From contig CAZUGA010000015.1 of NCBI GenBank assembly GCA_964619885.1, positions 59,510 through 91,509 on the forward strand: a stretch of DNA of 32,000 bases, read 5' to 3'. The notes under the pieces are model-generated. The model saw only the letters and a program-made list of their open reading frames with translations, did not search any database and was not told where the DNA came from. This DNA comes from an uncultured Methylococcaceae bacterium. Lineage in GTDB: Bacteria > Pseudomonadota > Gammaproteobacteria > Methylococcales > UBA1147. A program made the position numbers and the translations under genes. Position 1 is the first letter of the stretch; every line of letters begins with the position of its first letter. Below are positions 26,345-32,000 of the stretch, piece by piece.

Positions 26345-27145
26345 TCAAGTTCCGAATATAAAAACGAAGATCAGATCAATCAGCAAAATAGCCGCAATTG
26401 CACTGATCATCGTCCGCGTTGCAGCTTGAGACACGGCCTCTACATGACGACCGACACGGCAACCGTTAACAGTAGCAATCAATACAATCAAGACCGAAAA
26501 AACTAGGGGCTTTATAATACTGATTAATAAATCACTCGGCTCCAATACATCGCCCAGACTTTCTTGAAATAGGGTCACCGGTATCGCAGCCTGGAACCAC
26601 AACCAGGCTGAAGTAACACTTAAAACGACCAATCCAACCCACACCGCCAGCCCGAAAGACATCAATAACATGGCCAACATCATAGGCCCGACAATATATT
26701 GAATTGGATTCATGCCACTGACGATCAGACCATCAATTTCCCGATTCAATACCATCGACCCAATCCGCACAACCAACGCAATACCGGAACGCCCGGCGAC
26801 AAAAAAACCCACCAATAGGGGTGAGAACTCCTTAATAATAGAAAGCCCTACTCCGCCCAGCAATAATTCCGGAACGTTAACTTTATCCAATACATTTTGA
26901 CTTTGAATCCCAATGATCAATCCTACAACGATGGCGACTAAGGTAATTCTTAGTAGTATTGTCAGACCTGCTTCGCGCAAATCGTCGACAAACATCTTCA
27001 AATCCAACTTGCGGCGCCCGAAAAAAATATCGCGGTACAACCGCAGGCAATCCAGCAATACATAAAACCCCAAGCCGAGATTCTCCAAAAATTTAGTACT
27101 CAAAGGTCCATTCCGTTTGACCTGTGCTAGCATCCACCAATACAC
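26345..27145 (-). CDS. ABC transporter permease (MlaE-like)
   Basis: Collinear by eye with MlaE: IKEFSPLLVGFFVAGRSG..REIDGL..MNPIQYIVGPMMLA..SQAATRTMISAIAAILLIDLIF. The start (27145 or 27133) overlaps the upstream gene by 41-53 nt. Confidence 0.85.
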   Translation of the reverse strand: MYWWMLAQVKRNGPLSTKFLENLGLGFYVLLDCLRLYRDIFFGRRKLDLKMFVDDLREAGLTILLRITLVAIVVGLIIGIQSQNVLDKVNVPELLLGGVGLSIIKEFSPLLVGFFVAGRSGIALVVRIGSMVLNREIDGLIVSGMNPIQYIVGPMMLAMLLMSFGLAVWVGLVVLSVTSAWLWFQAAIPVTLFQESLGDVLEPSDLLISIIKPLVFSVLIVLIATVNGCRVGRHVEAVSQAATRTMISAIAAILLIDLIFVFIFGT

Positions 27146-28916
27146 GTCGGCCTACCGAGGAATATGAATCAACAAATTCGCTAGTCCGCGGCACCTGATA
27201 TTCGACCGGACTATATTCACCCGGGTTGTCCGAGATCACCAGCAAGATTTGAGCACGTTGGTCAACCCACTGAACCCATTCAAGACTATCACGAATAGAA
27301 ATCCGCCGTTCGCTACGCGACAATAGCTGTAAATAATCGCATCGCTCTTCGCTTTGACTAAAATTATTCAATACATCCTGCACTGGACGATGCAATATTA
27401 CCCGTAACCTAAACGAAAACTCCTCGAGCGCGCACCGAGCCAACAGGCGCTGCGCCGGATCTACCAAATCTGAATTCAATACCAAACTTCGATCGGGAAA
27501 TCGCTGTCGCAAGCGCGACAAAATCTTGCCTAGTTGCTCTTTGACATACTGGCCCGGTTTTACCACAGCAGATTCGACAATTGAAACCAGATTTAGGCCA
27601 CGCTTTACCGCCAGTCCCTGCCGACCCAGTAAAGCCGGGACTAATCTTACCGCATATCGATCCAAATCTTTCATATCGTCAGTCAGATCGTCGTACGCTA
27701 TCAATTCAGGGTGAATCTTAGCCGTATTGTCGCGCTCTGGACCGTATTGCCAACCGTCCAGATAACGATCAGCACACCAACGGTCATGTTCAATTATCGA
27801 CAGATGTTCCGCTTCACTCGCGGTAAACGCGAAAAAGTCAGACTCTCGTTCGTGCACGATAAAACTATCTATACTAGCCAGTTTCCCAGGCACATGATCG
27901 GCTTGGTGTCTAGACGCCTGTTTGTAGGATTCATATAGATTCTCCCAACTTTCACCGGCCGGGGTCCCGTCCAATGAACGCCCTTGAGCAGCAATACTAT
28001 CCCGATAATAATCATGAATAATCGAGGCTAAAGCATCACCGTGAAAACCAAACAGAACATCCGGGACGCATACGTCACGCACCGCCGAAAATGGAAAACT
28101 CACGCCATCCCAATCGCTGATTGGTACTGCACGATCGAATCCACTTAGATTCATAAAAATCGGCGGACTGCTATGTTGCTCGCGCCGCAGCCGCTCCCGA
28201 ATATCGGCGGCGCTATCGACAGTTGCTTGGTCGGACGCTTCGCATACATAAACGGATGTATATGGCTGCTCTGGGTCCGGAATCAACTGTGTGCGATTTG
28301 TAAAACGAATTTGGGCAACATTCTGTACTTGGGGAAAAGTCTGAAAAAATGCAGATTCGCATCGTTCCGGTTCAGAATCAACTACCGTGATAATAGGTTT
28401 TTTTATTCTGTATTGGGCCAACCGCATGGCGTGAACGGCAATCGCCTGACCAAGTTCTGCAAAGCCGATTATCAACAAGTTAATCGTCTGACCAAAGACT
28501 ACATCGGCCGCTAGATGTAACGGAAATCTACTAAGCAGTAAACGCGCAGCCCGACTCGGTAGGGATAAACTTCGCAATACAACGGTAGGTCCCAATTTCT
28601 GTTGCCAGCGATTACCTTCATCGATCGCAGGCAACAAAGTTTGGCTCAACAAACTGATATTAATTGGGCTACTTTTACGGCGACCAACCTTGCCCATCAA
28701 ACCGCAATACGTATCAAGAATCTTATCGATTTGTTCTGGCTGATCGCTTAAAACAACCAAGCCGTACAAGTTATTGAAATCAACCGCACGCGCACTCGAG
28801 ATGTCCGACAAAACCGAAACATGGCTACCCCAAGTTTTGAATGCAGCTTCAATTTGTTCGAAACCGGAGCCGTTAAAGACCAGTATTCTGTTATTTCTAG
28901 AACTTACCCCAAACAT
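27093..28916 (-). CDS. Multidomain protein: N-terminal alpha/beta domain, Rossmann-like (TrkA-N-like) domain, RyR domain and C-terminal uncharacterised domain
   Basis: LLIIGFAELGQAIAVHA is a Rossmann G-rich loop. EHDRWCADRYLDGWQYGPERDNTAKIHPELIAYDDLTDDMKDLDRYAV matches the bacterial RyR-domain pattern (W..ER...GW.YGP.RD...K.HP.L..Y..L....K..DR). Confidence 0.7.
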   Translation of the reverse strand: MFGVSSRNNRILVFNGSGFEQIEAAFKTWGSHVSVLSDISSARAVDFNNLYGLVVLSDQPEQIDKILDTYCGLMGKVGRRKSSPINISLLSQTLLPAIDEGNRWQQKLGPTVVLRSLSLPSRAARLLLSRFPLHLAADVVFGQTINLLIIGFAELGQAIAVHAMRLAQYRIKKPIITVVDSEPERCESAFFQTFPQVQNVAQIRFTNRTQLIPDPEQPYTSVYVCEASDQATVDSAADIRERLRREQHSSPPIFMNLSGFDRAVPISDWDGVSFPFSAVRDVCVPDVLFGFHGDALASIIHDYYRDSIAAQGRSLDGTPAGESWENLYESYKQASRHQADHVPGKLASIDSFIVHERESDFFAFTASEAEHLSIIEHDRWCADRYLDGWQYGPERDNTAKIHPELIAYDDLTDDMKDLDRYAVRLVPALLGRQGLAVKRGLNLVSIVESAVVKPGQYVKEQLGKILSRLRQRFPDRSLVLNSDLVDPAQRLLARCALEEFSFRLRVILHRPVQDVLNNFSQSEERCDYLQLLSRSERRISIRDSLEWVQWVDQRAQILLVISDNPGEYSPVEYQVPRTSEFVDSYSSVGRRVLVDASTGQTEWTFEY

Positions 28917-28927
28917 CTAGTCGTAGC

Positions 28928-29728
28928 TCAACCTTTTAATAAACTGCGAATCGATGATTCGAATTTCACTCGACTATCTTTAATGCTGACCGTCTGAACG
29001 TATCCCGAAGCCGCAAGACTCTCCGCTCTAGCATCGGTACGCTTACCTTTAAGAGTTACAGCCAAACAATCGGCAGCGCGACCGCTACCCGAAACAACCA
29101 ACGCAACCCGTTTTTGATTGACGCTGCACGACACATCCGACCAAGTGATCTCTCCTCCATTGACAACCAGGGTTAGCGATCCAAACCCGTCTGATAATGC
29201 ACTGCCAATTTGCGCCATCCACGGAGACTCATCACCCCAGTCGTTGCCTGGCACCAAAATAAAATGGCTATGATTACAGGCCAATGTAGGTATTTCAGTT
29301 GGGATCGCGGACCGACCTGGTTCTATAATAGTCCCGATCGCAGCTACCCCGAGTAGCGGAAAGTCACCGTTAATCTTCTGCCGGGCAATACCGATGCACC
29401 GCATCACGCCAGTATTTGTGCCCCCATCAATTACGCTGGCGCCTAACGATTGAGCAGCCGGAGCCACCACATCACTAAAAAAACCCTGTAAACGTTTCGC
29501 ATCGATTTCGGAAACCATGCCAGCCCCACCAACCAACACGATGACCGGTGCTTTGGCCATTCCTAAACAAAGCAGCGCTTGCGGAATGTCTGCGTAGGTA
29601 TCAACACTGGTTGCATTGGCGATATTACCACCTGCTACCGTGCATTTAAAACAACGTAGGATCGTATTTTTGCCAAAATCCATAGGGTATAAATTCTGCC
29701 AACCGCCATTACTTTCAGTGAAATACAA
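28928..29728 (-). CDS. SLOG-superfamily protein of the TRPM-associated (LSDAT-like) type
   Basis: APVIVLVGGAGMVSE (GGxG loop), VIDGGTNTGVM, and VALVVSGSGRAADCLA. The last closely resembles the xVVxEGSGRxADVIA motif of TRPM channel N-terminal SLOG domains. Start uncertain (TTG 29728 or ATG 29683). Confidence 0.65.
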   Translation of the reverse strand: MYFTESNGGWQNLYPMDFGKNTILRCFKCTVAGGNIANATSVDTYADIPQALLCLGMAKAPVIVLVGGAGMVSEIDAKRLQGFFSDVVAPAAQSLGASVIDGGTNTGVMRCIGIARQKINGDFPLLGVAAIGTIIEPGRSAIPTEIPTLACNHSHFILVPGNDWGDESPWMAQIGSALSDGFGSLTLVVNGGEITWSDVSCSVNQKRVALVVSGSGRAADCLAVTLKGKRTDARAESLAASGYVQTVSIKDSRVKFESSIRSLLKG

Positions 29729-30001
29729 CCAAACTTAAACCACAATAATGCCAAGATTAGATATCTAGTAAGAATAAAAATAATCCGTTCCATTAAGCTA
29801 AATCTGACTTGGTCGACGATTTTATCACCGAGTAATGAGCGATACACTTTTAGCGGAAGAAACATATGACACGGCGGGTGACATATTCCAAGCAAAACAA
29901 ACCTTTGAGATTGTACGTTTCCCTGTGTTGTATTTGACTAGATCGAAGTAATTCTGGGTATTAGATGCATTGCCGCTTGAATAGCTACTGGATTGAACGA
30001 C

Positions 30002-30036
30002 AAAAAAAGCCCCTACGCCAATGCGAAGGGGCTTTC
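30002..30036 (-). terminator. Rho-independent terminator of the PEP-CTERM gene
   Basis: AGCCCCT (30008-30014) pairs with AGGGGCT (30027-30033). On the minus strand the stem is followed by T7. Confidence 0.7.
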
Positions 30037-30057
30037 TGAATCGCTGATTACTAAATT

Positions 30058-30660
30058 TTAGCTTAATTCTTCGCGTCTACGAATTTGCGAAAAAGCCATC
30101 CCCAATAAACCAATACCGAACAATGCAAGACTTGCGGGTTCTGGAACCTGAGCTGACGATGAATAGCTAAATGAGGTCCCACTGTTGTTCGCGGTAAACT
30201 GGAATGAACCTTGTGTGTCCTGATAGCCATCTGCGGTCAAAATTGCAGCACCGGTTAGATTAATCTGGTTAGCATTTTGAGAAACAATAAAAGCGCTGGT
30301 CATCTTAAGCGCGTAGTTGATGCTGCCGCTTACAAAACTCCAAAGCGTAGGTTGGCCTGCGCCCAAAGGATTAAAAGTGAAATCATGGAAATCAACCAGT
30401 GAACCTACGGTGCTGGCAAAACTTCCGCTTCCAGCCGTCACGAACGCGTCATATCCGCCGAAAATAGAAGATCCACTGAACTGGATTCCAGTTGCAGTTC
30501 CGACACCGTTCGGATCAGAGGCAGTAGGCGTTCCGCCGGTTGGGCTCCAACTCGCACCAGGAGCAACACCAAAGGCTAGATCGCCCGTCAAATAAGGCAG
30601 GGCCCACGCGCTTCCAGTTAGACCGAGCAAGGATACGATTAATATAACTTTCTTTAACAT
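30058..30660 (-). CDS. PEP-CTERM sorting-domain secreted protein
   Basis: Signal peptide MLKKVILIVSLLGLTGSAWA. The C-terminus VPEPASLALFGIGLLGMAFSQIRRREE shows PEP, a TM helix and a basic tail. Confidence 0.85.
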   Translation of the reverse strand: MLKKVILIVSLLGLTGSAWALPYLTGDLAFGVAPGASWSPTGGTPTASDPNGVGTATGIQFSGSSIFGGYDAFVTAGSGSFASTVGSLVDFHDFTFNPLGAGQPTLWSFVSGSINYALKMTSAFIVSQNANQINLTGAAILTADGYQDTQGSFQFTANNSGTSFSYSSSAQVPEPASLALFGIGLLGMAFSQIRRREELS

Positions 30661-31340
30661 TATTGACTCCGCTAAGTACGAATAGTGTCTAAAAGGAACC
30701 GATGCCTTCTAGTTGCCTGTGTCTAAAGCAGAGACTGTGCCAACGCCTCTATATTACTGTTTTTATTAATTATTCCCTGTTTCTCCGATCAGAAAACAAC
30801 AATTCTGTAAAAATTTTCAACGAAAGCTACAGATATCCTTGTGAAAATCTAATATTTTGAATTCTTGCATTTTTGCAAACTGGCTAAATTTGGCAGATTT
30901 AGAGGGAAGAATGTCATTGCCGTACGCAAACGAAAGGCGAAAAATTGATTTACCGTCAGTTAATATTTGCGGCCATCTGAGCTTACTCGATGGGATCATA
31001 TGATTAATGCAACGGATCCAAGCAAACGGTTAGTCAAGTCGTAATGCACTGACGAATATGGAGAAAAATTTTAGAACTTATAAAATCCTTAGAACTTTAT
31101 TATGAAATTTGTACTTTGCTCGATTAACGTAGTAGACGTAAATATTAATTTCCAACGTTCCGATAAAGATAGGAACAACCTGACACTGACATGGTGAATA
31201 TTGCCGTGATTAAGGTTTAGCTAAAACATAACTTAAATTAGCTAAATTTAGATTCTGAAGCGGGATTATTTAAATAATAAGCAAGGAACATAAAACTTTT
31301 TTGATTACATCTCCTAGAAGCAGCGAAAGGATACGTCAAT

Positions 31341-32000
31341 ATGAGCATCAAACCGATCACCATAGTTTTACTGATCATCGTATACGGTTGTAGCCATTCT
31401 CCTAACAAAATAGATGCCGACAAGGAACAACCGCAAAGTGGTCTCAGTCAAAAACCGACGAATGTCGATGAACTACCGTGGGTAGCTCAAACTTTGGTTG
31501 CTCCGCCACAACTACCCAAACATGAACAAGTGGCGAAATCCGGTCCAAAAATAGTAAAAGTTCATCTGATCGCCGAAGAAAAAGAAGTGAAAATAGCAGA
31601 CGGCGTATTTGTTCAAGCGCTTACATTCAACGGAAGCATCCCAGGACCGATCATTGTTGTTCACCAAAATGATTACGTTGAATTGACTTTGGCCAATAGC
31701 AAATCCAATCTTTTACGGCACACCATCGATTTACATGCTGCTACCGGCGCATTAGGGGGTGCGCTGCTCATGAAAGTGGATCCTGGTCAGCAAAAAACAA
31801 TCCGCTTCAAAGCGACCAAAACGGGTGTTTTTGTCTATCACTGTGCCCCGGGAGGACCTGCCATTCCGTATCACGTTGTATCGGGCATGAACGGAGCCAT
31901 TATGGTACTACCGCGGGACGGTCTTAAGGATGCAGACGGCAAACCAATTGAGTATGACCACGCTTATTATATAGGCGAATGCATATTCCGGCGAAGCTGA
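31341..32000 (+). CDS. nirK: Copper-containing nitrite reductase NirK (lipoprotein, AniA-like); only cupredoxin domain I is in frame
   Basis: Lipobox IIVYGCS. Cu ligand motifs HTIDLHAATG and VYHCAPGGPAIPYHVVSGMNGAIMVLPRDGL. An in-frame TGA falls at 31998-32000, after 219 aa. Confidence 0.8.
   Translation: MSIKPITIVLLIIVYGCSHSPNKIDADKEQPQSGLSQKPTNVDELPWVAQTLVAPPQLPKHEQVAKSGPKIVKVHLIAEEKEVKIADGVFVQALTFNGSIPGPIIVVHQNDYVELTLANSKSNLLRHTIDLHAATGALGGALLMKVDPGQQKTIRFKATKTGVFVYHCAPGGPAIPYHVVSGMNGAIMVLPRDGLKDADGKPIEYDHAYYIGECIFRRS

Noticed and set aside
29635-29895. 86-aa minus-strand ORF with hydrophobic stretches upstream of and overlapping the SLOG gene; considered as a possible small 2-TM (SLATT-like) partner
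   Set aside because: It starts with TTG or an ATG without an RBS, lies in an AT-rich promoter-like region, and overlaps the SLOG ORF out of frame by 49-94 nt. It is far shorter than known SLATT domains.
30866-30900. TTGCA-N4-TGCAA palindrome and TGGCTAAATTTGGCA upstream of nirK, as possible FNR/NnrR or sigma-54 sites
   Set aside because: The half-sites do not match TTGAT-N4-ATCAA, and the GG/GC spacing is one nucleotide short for sigma-54. Both lie about 450 nt from the nirK start.

Overview
Gene-dense bacterial chromosomal window, probably proteobacterial (E. coli-type RtcB, PEP-CTERM protein, lipoprotein NirK), with most genes on the minus strand.

Layout:
- 0.7-7.0 kb, housekeeping or stress genes: di-iron protein, ECF sigma plus ChrR-type cupin anti-sigma, orphan ParA plus CYTH-CHAD, TetR, a decayed AhpD-like gene, and a small CxxCH lipoprotein.
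- 7.2-11.9 kb: one 1570-aa gene with a TIR-like (DUF4062-type) domain, an nSTAND NTPase, a single TM helix and about 14 WD40 blades.
- 12.0-15.3 kb, a co-directional minus-strand string: atypical tRNA(UAG), tRNA-Gln(UUG), PcfJ-like protein, a small SEC-C-motif gene broken by +1 frame changes at UUU-stop sites, and RtcB.
- 17.7-20.0 kb: an MCP signalling domain fused to rhodanese, next to a persulfide-dioxygenase-rhodanese fusion.
- 20.3-21.6 kb, AT-rich mobile-element debris: two MITE-like copies carrying a Y1-transposase 5' remnant, and an IS3 transposase fragment.
- 21.7-29.7 kb, eight overlapping or tightly packed minus-strand genes: TRPM-type SLOG protein, Rossmann/RyR-domain protein, a four-gene MCE/Mla-like ABC transporter, an orphan 460-aa HIT-like protein, and a DMT/EamA transporter.
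- 30.0-32.0 kb: a PEP-CTERM protein and an apparently interrupted nirK.

Best candidates for an undescribed system:
1. The SLOG/RyR/MCE/HIT-like/DMT operon.
2. The membrane-spanning TIR-like STAND-WD40 protein.
3. The tRNA/PcfJ/SEC-C/RtcB string.

All domain calls come from motif recognition by eye. No searches were run.
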